Source: Patescibacteria group bacterium
GTDB lineage: Bacteria; Patescibacteriota; Doudnabacteria; UBA920
DNA: 64,000 bases
Direction of reading: 5' to 3'
Assembly (NCBI GenBank): GCA_013387205.1
Contig: WARV01000002.1
Coordinates: 3,341 to 67,340, forward strand
A program made the position numbers and the translations under genes. Under the pieces are notes generated by a model. It saw only the letters and a program-made list of their open reading frames with translations. It made no database searches and was not told the origin of the DNA. This document shows positions 23,728 through 32,799 of the stretch, one piece after another; position 1 is the first letter of the stretch, and each line of letters opens with the position of its first letter.

Positions 23728-26187
23728 ATGAATAAGCATTATTACAGGCTAATTGGAGCCTTTGCTCTTGCCTTTCTGGCAGGGATTTTGGTTATGTTCC
23801 AAACCGTCAATACCAAATCTTATATCGACGGCAATTTGGCATCTTCGCAAATGCCTTTGGCTAATCACAGACAAGCAAAAGTTTTGGGGGTAATTACCCC
23901 CTGGAGCCAAGGCTACTGGGCACCATGGGCTTCGCCTAATGTGCCGATTTCGGATATCGATTGGTCAGCCTGGACCCATGTCATGCATGTTGCTGCAGAG
24001 CCACAGGCCGACGGTACTTTAAATTTAACCAACCAGAATATTGCGGGAAATGCAGCCGCATTAATAAGTGCTGCCCACTCCCATGGAGCTAAGGTACTGC
24101 TGGATATTTGGACTGGCAATAAAGCCAATTGGAGGTCGGCCACGTCTCTGCATATGACCGAATTTGTCAGTAATATTATGAGTGTAGTTAACACTTATGG
24201 TTATGATGGGGTTGATCTGGACTGGGAGCCTCTTGAATCTGGCGTTGGCTCGCCCACTAACGGACAATTAATGGCAAGTTTGTCAGCTAATTTAAAAGCT
24301 CAGCTGGGATCCAGGCTGTTAACGGCTGCTGTGGAGCCTAACGAGTATCCTTATTGGAGCGCCAATTATGCGAACTTTGACCGGATTAACGTAATGACCT
24401 ATGACATGTCAGGGACCTGGGATGGAAAGAGTTGGTTTAACAGTGCATTGTACAACGATGCTGGTGATACCGGCGTTTGGTCGCTTGAATTAGCCAAGCA
24501 GAGATTTTTAAGCCGCGGCATGCCTTCGACGACCTTGGGACTCGGCTGGGAATTTGGAGGCTGGGAATGGGCCTGCAGCGGCCCAAGAATTAGCGGCTGT
24601 GTCAGGATGGGTAATGAAATGACTACTTACCAAGCTATTAAACCGTTAATTGCCCAAAGGCCAGCAAACTGGGACAGCCAGGCCCGCGTGCCATGGCTTG
24701 GCGGCAATACATTTTTTTCATACGAGAACGCGAGTTCAACTACCGACAAGGTAAATTATGTCAGGGATAATAATTTGGGCGGATGGGTTGTTTGGCATAT
24801 GGGCCTGGACTATTTTCCTAATGAAAACCCCAAGCAGCCGCTGGCCCTTGCAATCAGCAATGCTATCGGAAAAGGAGGAGGGGCTACAGGCTCTGCGCCG
24901 GTTATTAACAGCGCGACTTCTGCTGCCGGAATTGTCGGAGCGGCTTTTTCTTACCAGATTACCGCCACTAACAGCCCTACCAGCTATAATGCTGCAAATT
25001 TGCCGACAGGCTTAACTGTCAATACTTCAACTGGAGTGATTTCCGGTACGCCTGCTGTCTCAGGAACATATAGCATCGGTGTCAGTGCAATTAATTCTTA
25101 TGGTAACGGACAAGCCACTTTAGTGTTGGTAATCTCGGCAAATTCCGGCGGTTCTTCCGCCAACCTGGCCCTGGGAATAATCCCGACTGCCGGCGAAGCT
25201 GCTTCCGAAGGGTCGCTGTCAATGCTTACCGATGGCAATAAGGACAGTTTAGCTTATGCGACTATAGGCTGGAGCAGTGCTCAATGGGTAAGGCTGGATT
25301 TGGGAAAACAGTTTGCCATTAACCAGGTTAAGCTTTGGCATTACTATCTAGATGGCCGCACTTACCATGACGTGGTTGTTCAACTGTCGAATGATATAAA
25401 TTTTAACAGTGGCGTAACGACAGTCTTTAACAATGACACTGACAACACTCTCGGCTTCGGAGCAGGCAGTAACCAGGAGTACGCCGAATCGTCGGCCGGA
25501 AAGAGTATTGTCTTTTCTCCAGTCGCAGCCCGTTATGTAAGGTTCTGGGCGAATACAAACTCGCTTAACGCCGGCAATCATTACGTGGAAGTCGAGGTTT
25601 ACGGCAGCTCGGGCACTACGGCCGATACCCAGGCTCCCACTGTTCCTTCAAACCTAACGGCTTCTGCCATATCCTCTTCTTCTATCAATCTTTCCTGGGC
25701 AGCTTCAACAGATAATGTCGGAGTTGCTGGCTACAAAGTGTTTAGGAATGGTAGCCAGATTGCTGCAATTGCATCGACAAGTTACCAGGATACCGGCTTA
25801 GCCGCCAATACCACATACACATATACGGTTTCTGCTTATGATAATGCGGGCAATGCATCTGTAATATCTGGCAGCGTCAGTGCTACTACCCAATCTGTTG
25901 TTGTTGATAACATCCCGCCCACAGTGCTGATTTCCAGCCCCATGAATGGCATAACTTTGGGGGCTGGTACGACTTCCGTATCAGTTAAGGCAAAGGCTAC
26001 TGATAATACTTCAGTGGTTAAAATGGAAGTGTATATAAACAATGCTTTAAAGGCTACGGCAAGCGGCTCTGCCGCCTCCTACAGCTGGAATGTCAGGAAA
26101 GTAGCCAGAGGAGCTTATACCATTTTGGTTAAAGCCTACGATAATTCAGGTAACGTAGGAAGCAGTTTTGTGACAGTATATAAGTAA
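23728..26187 (+). CDS. Secreted/surface glycoside hydrolase family 18 (chitinase-like) protein with Ig-like, discoidin-like and fibronectin type III domains
   Basis: N-terminal TM/signal; GH18 catalytic motif DGVDLDWE; FN3 segment (PSNLTASAISSSSINLSWAAS...GYKVFRNG); WVRLDLG discoidin-like segment. Confidence 0.75.
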   Translation: MNKHYYRLIGAFALAFLAGILVMFQTVNTKSYIDGNLASSQMPLANHRQAKVLGVITPWSQGYWAPWASPNVPISDIDWSAWTHVMHVAAEPQADGTLNLTNQNIAGNAAALISAAHSHGAKVLLDIWTGNKANWRSATSLHMTEFVSNIMSVVNTYGYDGVDLDWEPLESGVGSPTNGQLMASLSANLKAQLGSRLLTAAVEPNEYPYWSANYANFDRINVMTYDMSGTWDGKSWFNSALYNDAGDTGVWSLELAKQRFLSRGMPSTTLGLGWEFGGWEWACSGPRISGCVRMGNEMTTYQAIKPLIAQRPANWDSQARVPWLGGNTFFSYENASSTTDKVNYVRDNNLGGWVVWHMGLDYFPNENPKQPLALAISNAIGKGGGATGSAPVINSATSAAGIVGAAFSYQITATNSPTSYNAANLPTGLTVNTSTGVISGTPAVSGTYSIGVSAINSYGNGQATLVLVISANSGGSSANLALGIIPTAGEAASEGSLSMLTDGNKDSLAYATIGWSSAQWVRLDLGKQFAINQVKLWHYYLDGRTYHDVVVQLSNDINFNSGVTTVFNNDTDNTLGFGAGSNQEYAESSAGKSIVFSPVAARYVRFWANTNSLNAGNHYVEVEVYGSSGTTADTQAPTVPSNLTASAISSSSINLSWAASTDNVGVAGYKVFRNGSQIAAIASTSYQDTGLAANTTYTYTVSAYDNAGNASVISGSVSATTQSVVVDNIPPTVLISSPMNGITLGAGTTSVSVKAKATDNTSVVKMEVYINNALKATASGSAASYSWNVRKVARGAYTILVKAYDNSGNVGSSFVTVYK

Positions 26188-26339
26188 AATTAATTTTTCA
26201 CCCCACCCTTTCTTTAAAAAAGTAATTCGTTGTTTAGTCATCAAATATTGAATGGTGGTAAGCAGCGTTTATCTTTCAAAAGAAAGGGCGGGGTTTTAAT
26301 TTTTGGCAAGATTATTCGCGATTTGTTATAATTAAATAT

Positions 26340-26936
26340 ATGCTATTAGCCTTTTTAATATTCTTTTTAATATTCACAATCATCCTCCTGTTCGTTATCA
26401 CTAGCGCGTTCTTGGGATTTATTATAACCCGAGTGCCTTTTGTGCCGACCGCTGCTTCTGATATTGAATTTACAGTCAAAAAACTTGGCATAACATCTCA
26501 GGATATTTTTTACGATTTAGGCAGCGGCGACGGCAAGGTGGTGTTTATAGTAAATAAATTAACCGGAGCTAAATGCGTGGGATTTGAATTAACGTGGTGG
26601 ACTCATATTTTAGCGAAGATAAAATCAAAATTTATCCTCCTTCGCCCCGCCTTCGTTAAAACTTCGGCGGGCAGGCAAGGCTATGGTGGACAAGAATATC
26701 AAAATTCAAAATTACAATTCAAGAATCAAAATTTCTTCAAACACTCCTGGGAAGAGGCGACTGTAATATACGGTTATCTGTATCCGCCGTTAATGGGTAG
26801 GGTAGAGGAAAAGTTTTTGGCAGACTGCAAACCGGGCAGTATGGCGATTATCCGCGATTTTCCCTTTCCGAAGCTTAAACCGCTTGAGATTATCTACCGT
26901 CCCAAAAACCACGAAATATATATTTACAAAAAATAG
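26340..26936 (+). CDS. Small membrane-anchored class I SAM-dependent methyltransferase-like protein
   Basis: Motif I-like YDLGSGDGKVV after an N-terminal TM helix. Confidence 0.35.
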   Translation: MLLAFLIFFLIFTIILLFVITSAFLGFIITRVPFVPTAASDIEFTVKKLGITSQDIFYDLGSGDGKVVFIVNKLTGAKCVGFELTWWTHILAKIKSKFILLRPAFVKTSAGRQGYGGQEYQNSKLQFKNQNFFKHSWEEATVIYGYLYPPLMGRVEEKFLADCKPGSMAIIRDFPFPKLKPLEIIYRPKNHEIYIYKK

Positions 26937-27043
26937 CTTGTGGATAAGTATTAGGTTGTAGAAGAATATCCACAAAAACTAATCACAAAATAAGCCTTAT
27001 TAAAGGCTTATTTTATATTTTCATTAAAACTGTCGGTAAAAAG

Positions 27044-27071
27044 TTGACAAAAAACCTTAGGCTGCTATTAT
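27044..27071 (+). promoter_or_regulatory. Consensus-like sigma70 promoter (TTGACA, 16-nt spacer, TATTAT) driving a ~250-nt structured leader and the TrmB-like gene
   Basis: Hexamer match; the downstream leader has a 12-bp long-range helix. Confidence 0.45.
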
Positions 27072-27330
27072 AAAAGTGCCAGTACAATAAAAAGAAGGGT
27101 AAATAAAACTGCTTGGAAAACAAGCACCTTAGAGATCAAGAGAAGAGAGCGGCAAGATTTAAGTTAGCCAAAAAGTTAAGGGCGAACATGGATTAATTAC
27201 CTCTGCCTTTCCCGCCACACCCGCATTTCTCATACATACCATCTTCGTATCAACTTTTTTTAGACTAACCCATAAATCTTCGCCCCCGTCTCACCCACCT
27301 CTTGATCTCTTCCTTTTTAAAAACAACTTT

Positions 27331-28077
27331 ATGCAAATTCAAACAATCTTAAAAAATTTCGGGCTTAACGACAAAGAGACAGCGGTTTATTTGGCATTGG
27401 TGGAAATGGGGCCGTCGCCGGTTAGGGGGTTAGCCGGCCGAACCAAAATTAACCGCGGGACGGTGTATGATATACTAAAGGCTTTGCAAAAGCAGGGGCT
27501 GGTAAGTTTTTATGATACCAAAACCCACCAGCATTTTGCGGCCGAACCGCCGGAAAAGATTTTAACGGCTGTGGAAGACCGGATGGAAGATATGGGAATT
27601 TTAAAAAAAGAGATTAAAGATAGCTTGCCGGAACTGCGCTCGCTGTTTGAAAAAGAGGGCGGCAAGCCGGTGGTTAAACTTTACGAAGGACTAAAAGGTA
27701 TCCGTTATATTTTGGAAGACGTATTGGAATGCGTTTCTCAGGAAAAGAAAAAAGAATATTTCGTCTATTCCTCATCAAGCGTCCGCGGTAATGTCCATCA
27801 GGCCATGCCTGATTTTTCCCAACGCAGGATAAAAAAGAACATCCGCGTCAAAACCATTGCTTTAGGTGAAGGCGGCACTGTCGTGGGACTAGACGAGCGC
27901 AAGTGGATGAATTTGCCGGAAAAAAACTTAAAGGCGACTTACGAAATTATTTACGGAGGCAAGGTTGCACATATTAGTTTGAATGATTCCCAAAATCCGG
28001 TTGGAGTGATAATCCAAAACCAGGAAATTTTTGAAACGCAAAAAATGATTTTTGAATTCAACTGGAACAAATTGTAA
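27331..28077 (+). CDS. TrmB-family transcriptional regulator (N-terminal wHTH)
   Basis: N-terminus GLNDKETAVYLALVEMGPSPVRGLAGRTKINRGTVYDILKALQKQGLV matches the TrmB HTH. Confidence 0.65.
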   Translation: MQIQTILKNFGLNDKETAVYLALVEMGPSPVRGLAGRTKINRGTVYDILKALQKQGLVSFYDTKTHQHFAAEPPEKILTAVEDRMEDMGILKKEIKDSLPELRSLFEKEGGKPVVKLYEGLKGIRYILEDVLECVSQEKKKEYFVYSSSSVRGNVHQAMPDFSQRRIKKNIRVKTIALGEGGTVVGLDERKWMNLPEKNLKATYEIIYGGKVAHISLNDSQNPVGVIIQNQEIFETQKMIFEFNWNKL

Positions 28078-28165
28078 TAATTCTACCTAACTTGACGGCC
28101 GTCAAATTAGGTAGAATAGGGTTTTGGTTGAGTTCAGCAATCATTTATGGTTGTAAAATTCTGCA

Positions 28166-29017
28166 TTGGAGGACTATATGGAAGCCAAACTCGATCTTTC
28201 AAAAGTTGCTGTAGTGGTATTGGCGGCAGGTTACGGGCAGCTCCGCAAGGGGGTTACCAAGCTCGTAGAGAAACTTAACGAGAAGGAAATTCTTTGCCGC
28301 GTGGTAAGCCAAGCCAAGCAAGCCGGATTAGGGCCTGTAGTCGTCGTTGCTAATGGGATGTTTGGCCAAGAAGTTAAGCAGGCGCTTGTTAAAGCCGAGC
28401 ACATTGATTTGCATTTTGCCCATCAGAAAAAAAGGCGAGGACCGGCCAACGCCGCGTTCCGCGCGTTGCCTGTGCTTAACCAGCTTGGCATAAAAAAGTT
28501 TTTGGTTGTTTTTGGGGACATGCCGCTTTTGGATGCCGGCCGCATGAGGGAGATGGCGGCGGCTCATTTGCAGTATAATTCGGATCTGACCTTTTCTAGT
28601 TGGAAATGTGACGTTAGTAACCCTTTGGTCAGGCATATGGTCAACTTCGCGTATTTTGTCCGCAGCGGCGATTGCGGCCTGTCTTCCACCCCCGTAGTAG
28701 TTAGTCTGTATACAGGGAACATGCCACCCCAGGGCTCGGAAGTTTTCTCGTCCATGTATTGCTTGGACGCACAGTGGTTTACCAAAGCTTACCGCAGGAT
28801 AATTCCGCGCCCTAAAGGCGACGGTTTTCCGCCGGAATACCACCTTCCGCCGTTAGTTGAAATAGCGGTAGCAAGCTCTGCCAAGGTGGTTAATATTTCG
28901 GAATGTGATCCGAAAAGGCTTTTGGGGGTAAACACATTTGCCGACCATGAATTGATCGAGACGTTGTTAAATACGCAGCCCGCACTTGTGCAGGCCGCAA
29001 CTCTGGAAGGGCCGTGA
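28166..29017 (+). CDS. Nucleotidyltransferase-family protein (MobA/IspD-like NTP-transferase fold)
   Basis: VVVLAAGYG...K G-rich loop at the N-terminus; GC-richer than neighbouring genes. Confidence 0.4.
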   Translation: MEDYMEAKLDLSKVAVVVLAAGYGQLRKGVTKLVEKLNEKEILCRVVSQAKQAGLGPVVVVANGMFGQEVKQALVKAEHIDLHFAHQKKRRGPANAAFRALPVLNQLGIKKFLVVFGDMPLLDAGRMREMAAAHLQYNSDLTFSSWKCDVSNPLVRHMVNFAYFVRSGDCGLSSTPVVVSLYTGNMPPQGSEVFSSMYCLDAQWFTKAYRRIIPRPKGDGFPPEYHLPPLVEIAVASSAKVVNISECDPKRLLGVNTFADHELIETLLNTQPALVQAATLEGP

Positions 29018-29198
29018 TTTAATGGCCCTTCCGTTTTTTAAAAATTGAAGGAAAAACTATCTTTAATAATAAAGAAATTAAGCGTTATTGGAAAAAAAAT
29101 AATTTATGGATATAATGAAAGAAACCTTTATGCAAGATTTTGCGGTTTAGGTTATGGTGGTAAATAATAAAGTAAATAGATTTGATAAGTTGTCATAT

Positions 29199-29936
29199 AT
29201 GAGAAACCAAATTGTCATTTTGGCCGCGGGGATGGGAAAGCGGATGGGCAACGCGAGCGTTCCGAAAGTCCTGGTAATGCTCAAGGATAAGCCGATGATT
29301 TTGCATTTGCTCGGGCAGGTGGAGAAAATCAACCAACTAGCCAAGTCGGTTATTGTTGTCGGGCACATGCGCGAAAAAGTGGAAGCGATTTTAGGCGAAG
29401 GGTTTTTATACGCGCACCAGAAAGAGCAAAAAGGAACGGCACATGCGGTAATGGCTGCGAGGCCTAAAGTCAGCGCGGAAAATATTTTGGTTTTGTATGG
29501 CGATATGCCGTTTATTACGGCAGAATCTTTAAAAAAACTGATGCACCTGCACCATGACAAGCAATCAATTTTAACTATGTTTACAGTTGTCTCGCCGGAT
29601 TTTGAAGGCGCGTACGAAGCATTAAACGGATACGGCAGGATTATCAGGGACGGGAAAAATCAAGTTATAAAAATTACGGAATTTAAGGACGCAACCGAAA
29701 AGGAAAGGCAGATTAAGGAAGTTAACCCGGGGATTTACATGTTTAACACCGGCTGGCTATGGAGTAATATCGAGAAAGTAAAAAATAATAACGCGCAGAA
29801 CGAATTTTATTTGACTGACATGATAGAGCTGGCTATTTCCCAAAATGTCCCGGTCGCAACTTTGAATATAGACGTAAAAGAAGTTGTTGGCGTAAACACC
29901 AAAGAGCAGCTTACGCAGGCGGAATTGCTGGCGTAA
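29199..29936 (+). CDS. Sugar-1-phosphate nucleotidyltransferase resembling the GlmU N-terminal pyrophosphorylase domain, without the acetyltransferase domain (track ORF starts at 29154; the ATG at 29199 is more likely)
   Basis: IVILAAGMGKRMGNASVPKVL...DKPMILH closely matches the GlmU/RmlA signature. Confidence 0.6.
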   Translation: MRNQIVILAAGMGKRMGNASVPKVLVMLKDKPMILHLLGQVEKINQLAKSVIVVGHMREKVEAILGEGFLYAHQKEQKGTAHAVMAARPKVSAENILVLYGDMPFITAESLKKLMHLHHDKQSILTMFTVVSPDFEGAYEALNGYGRIIRDGKNQVIKITEFKDATEKERQIKEVNPGIYMFNTGWLWSNIEKVKNNNAQNEFYLTDMIELAISQNVPVATLNIDVKEVVGVNTKEQLTQAELLA

Positions 29937-30103
29937 AAATATTATCAAATTTTTTGGCGCTAGGACCAATTTATGCGGCCGCATAAATTGGTCCTAGTGT
30001 GTTTTATTGTTAAGCTAAAGTTGTAAAAATCGTCTTTAAATATATCTGAGATGTATTACTTCTTATGATAAGGTATGATCTTTTCAAGGTTTAAGGAGGG
30101 AAA

Positions 30104-30790
30104 ATGAAAGTGCTGTACTGGCCAAGAAGGCTAGAATGCCTGATATTTGATGTCGATGGCACCATATACCCCTGGTCAAAGAGTTATGAGGGCCACCAAA
30201 GGCAGGTTGAACTGGAAGCCTTGGCTGATTTTTGGGAAACTTCCATAGAAGAAACCAAACAGAAGCTACAGGCTCAAGAGGAAGAACTGACAAAAAAAAT
30301 GGGCAGGAAGCCGAGCGCTGCCGAAATCATCAGGTCGTTTGGGGGATTATTCCACGAATGGCTGGTGGAGATCCGAAAAACCAGATGGCAGCCGGAATTG
30401 TTTTTAGAACCGCAACCGGAATTGGCAAAAAAAATCGGCGGATTGACGGTAGGCTATAAAATAGCTTTTGCCTCCAGTTCGCCAAAAGAAGTGGTTCTAA
30501 AAATTCTTGAGATAGTCGGGCTTAAGGGGTTGAACGGAAAAATTCCGGTGTTCGGCGGTGGGGATTGCCCGCCAAAACCTTTGCCGAATGTGTACTGCCA
30601 AGCGGCAAAAACTCTTGGAGTTAAACCGGAGAACTGTTTGTCGATTGGCGACAGAATTGATTTCGACGCCTACCCGGCCATGGAAATTGGCATGGGCGCC
30701 GTGGTTGTGCAAGACGTGAATGATTTGATGTTAGTAGCTGACAGGTTGCTAGCCGAATCTGAAGATCGCTATGTGTCCAATTGGAGGTAG
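30104..30790 (+). CDS. HAD-superfamily hydrolase
   Basis: Motif I LIFDVDGTI; C-terminal GDRIDFD motif. Confidence 0.55.
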   Translation: MKVLYWPRRLECLIFDVDGTIYPWSKSYEGHQRQVELEALADFWETSIEETKQKLQAQEEELTKKMGRKPSAAEIIRSFGGLFHEWLVEIRKTRWQPELFLEPQPELAKKIGGLTVGYKIAFASSSPKEVVLKILEIVGLKGLNGKIPVFGGGDCPPKPLPNVYCQAAKTLGVKPENCLSIGDRIDFDAYPAMEIGMGAVVVQDVNDLMLVADRLLAESEDRYVSNWR

Positions 30791-31769
30791 TATGGCTGCC
30801 AGATCGCCAATCTTTCCTGTCCCCGTCCCTTTGTTTATCCAAAATTCCCTGTTCGGCCTCGGCCAATTGGAAGTTTTGGAAGGCGGTTACAATTCAGATG
30901 TCCTGCTGCTTTCCCATTCGCGGCAGGTGATAATCAAAGTCATCGGGAACAAAAAAGGTTTGGATCTGACAACCAAGGAAGCGGTTAAGCTCGGGCAGCG
31001 CATAAGCAGGTACAGGAGTTTGCTTTCCGGCGAAGGCGTTAAGGTGCCTGGGTTTTTGGAATGGGCCGTGACCCAAGACAGCGAAACGGGACGAGTGTAC
31101 CTGTTTGTGATAGAGCCGTTTTCCGGACACGACCCGAGGCGACTGCTGCTTTCCGGCGACTATCCCAACTGCATGCACGTTACGGGGAAACTACTGGAAG
31201 CTGCCGAACCCTTGCTTTGCCGCAAGGAAGAAAGTTTTTTGCCTGTGGGATTGGACCCTAAAACCGCGAACTTCGTGATTCCTTCGGAAAGCGAGGCTTG
31301 CGTGTATGTGGATTTCATGCCTCCCCGCTACCGTTTGGAAGACGGGACGTACCTTGTGGAATACCCGCAAATCCGCGAACCTAAGCAGGTTGACCTGTGG
31401 AAGTGGAAGTATTTCACGCTGGAAGGGCTTATCACTATCGCCCTTTACCAATTGGGACGCCTGTGCGCCAGGTTGTTCCAGGAGATAAAGAAAAAAGCCA
31501 GGACGTGGCTGTTGGAACGAAGGCTCCTTAAGGTCTTGGGTTACCTGGATTTTCTGGAATCGGTCACGCCGGGCAGATTGCAGGACGTGACAAACCCTTA
31601 CCATTTAAGGCTGCTCATGTGCGAACTGGCTTCCCGTCCTGGCGCTAATGTGCCTGACACGGTGGTGGAAGATTTTTTCCTGAAAACGCACTTTGAGGGA
31701 GAACTATCCAGGGCCGTCTTATTTTGGTCGCAACGCCAGCTGTCTGCCATTGCCAGCACGGTGAGCTGA
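30771..31769 (+). CDS. Protein-kinase-like-fold protein (atypical kinase), function unknown
   Basis: VIIKVIGNKKG (beta3 Lys), hinge-like IEPFSGHD, catalytic-loop-like GLDPKTANF, DFG-like YVDFMPP; alignment by eye. Confidence 0.35.
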   Translation: MCPIGGSMAARSPIFPVPVPLFIQNSLFGLGQLEVLEGGYNSDVLLLSHSRQVIIKVIGNKKGLDLTTKEAVKLGQRISRYRSLLSGEGVKVPGFLEWAVTQDSETGRVYLFVIEPFSGHDPRRLLLSGDYPNCMHVTGKLLEAAEPLLCRKEESFLPVGLDPKTANFVIPSESEACVYVDFMPPRYRLEDGTYLVEYPQIREPKQVDLWKWKYFTLEGLITIALYQLGRLCARLFQEIKKKARTWLLERRLLKVLGYLDFLESVTPGRLQDVTNPYHLRLLMCELASRPGANVPDTVVEDFFLKTHFEGELSRAVLFWSQRQLSAIASTVS

Positions 31770-31775
31770 ATTGAA

Positions 31776-31811
31776 CCGGACTGGAAACTCTATGTTCCAG
31801 TCCGGTTTTTT
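31776..31811 (+). terminator. Rho-independent terminator
   Basis: ccggactgg ...loop... ccagtccgg + TTTTTT. Confidence 0.75.
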
Positions 31812-31957
31812 ACTACGGATTATCTACAGATTCTACTGATTCCTACAGGTACGCCCGAGTGATATCTAAACAATTAATTACTAGATAACGCCCGAGAACA
31901 TCTGTAGGTATCTGTAGTATTCGGATACTTCTGTAGATCTGTAGTAATCCGTAGTTT
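31811..31957. repeat. MITE-like ~147-bp element bounded by ~20-bp terminal inverted repeats (tactacggattatctacagat / atctgtagtaatccgtagt), with internal CTACAGAT/ATCTGTAG word arrays and a duplicated ACGCCCGAG core; sits between convergent genes
   Basis: Read directly from the sequence. Confidence 0.6.
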
Positions 31958-32735
31958 AAAACTTAAATTCCGCCATGACGGGAAAATGGTCGGAGAGTCC
32001 GTTGGTTTCGGGGGTCCTGAGGATTTTTGCCTGCTGGAAAAACGGCAAAGCGTGCTTGTTGGCAAAAATATAGTCTAGCCTGAGTTTGGTTAAATGCATA
32101 GGGTCTTTATTGTAAGCGGTCGGGACGGAAAATTCATTTTTTCTCGGGCTGGTAATCCTGACCAAATCAACCATGCCCGCATTGAGCAATTTATTTATCA
32201 CGTCATACCTTATTTGCCTGGTGCCGAATTTTTCCATTGAAGCGTCTTTTAATTTTTTTAACAAGCCTTCTTCGCCATAACTGTCCTGTATGGAAAGCGA
32301 ATTTAAATCTCCAATTAAAACCCCGGGGTTATCTTTAGGAAGATGCTTCAAGATGATGTTTAATTCTTTCAGCCTCAAGTCCTCGTTTTTATGGTGAAGA
32401 TGGGTCAGTAGCGTTTCCAGGAAAAAAGGGCCAAAAGAAAATTTGGCTTTTATCATTCCCGTGTTAAAGTCCTTTTCAAAAACTTTACCAAAAAGAAAAT
32501 TTTTTTTTGAGAACAATCCCAAATTGTAACCGCTCGGCGCTTTGGCAAACAAGTGAAAAGGGTAGCCGGCCTGCCGCTTGAAAAAATCAAGCTTTTCGAA
32601 ATTATTTGTTTCCCAGCCGTTTAGTTCGGACAAGCCTAAGACATCGGGCTTTTGCCTTGATATGAAATCCAAAACCTTATTAAAACGATACGGCTCCATG
32701 CAGCCTTCGTATAAATTCAAATAAAGAATTTTCAT
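31956..32735 (-). CDS. Endonuclease/exonuclease/phosphatase (EEP, DNase I-like) family protein
   Basis: C-terminal SDHFPV motif; GLSELNGWE; ~259 aa. Confidence 0.7.
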   Translation of the reverse strand: MKILYLNLYEGCMEPYRFNKVLDFISRQKPDVLGLSELNGWETNNFEKLDFFKRQAGYPFHLFAKAPSGYNLGLFSKKNFLFGKVFEKDFNTGMIKAKFSFGPFFLETLLTHLHHKNEDLRLKELNIILKHLPKDNPGVLIGDLNSLSIQDSYGEEGLLKKLKDASMEKFGTRQIRYDVINKLLNAGMVDLVRITSPRKNEFSVPTAYNKDPMHLTKLRLDYIFANKHALPFFQQAKILRTPETNGLSDHFPVMAEFKF

Positions 32736-32799
32736 CCGGTTTCGTCATTAGTTTTGTCTCTTTATGAGGACGTATGACCAGGTATGAGATTACTTAATT

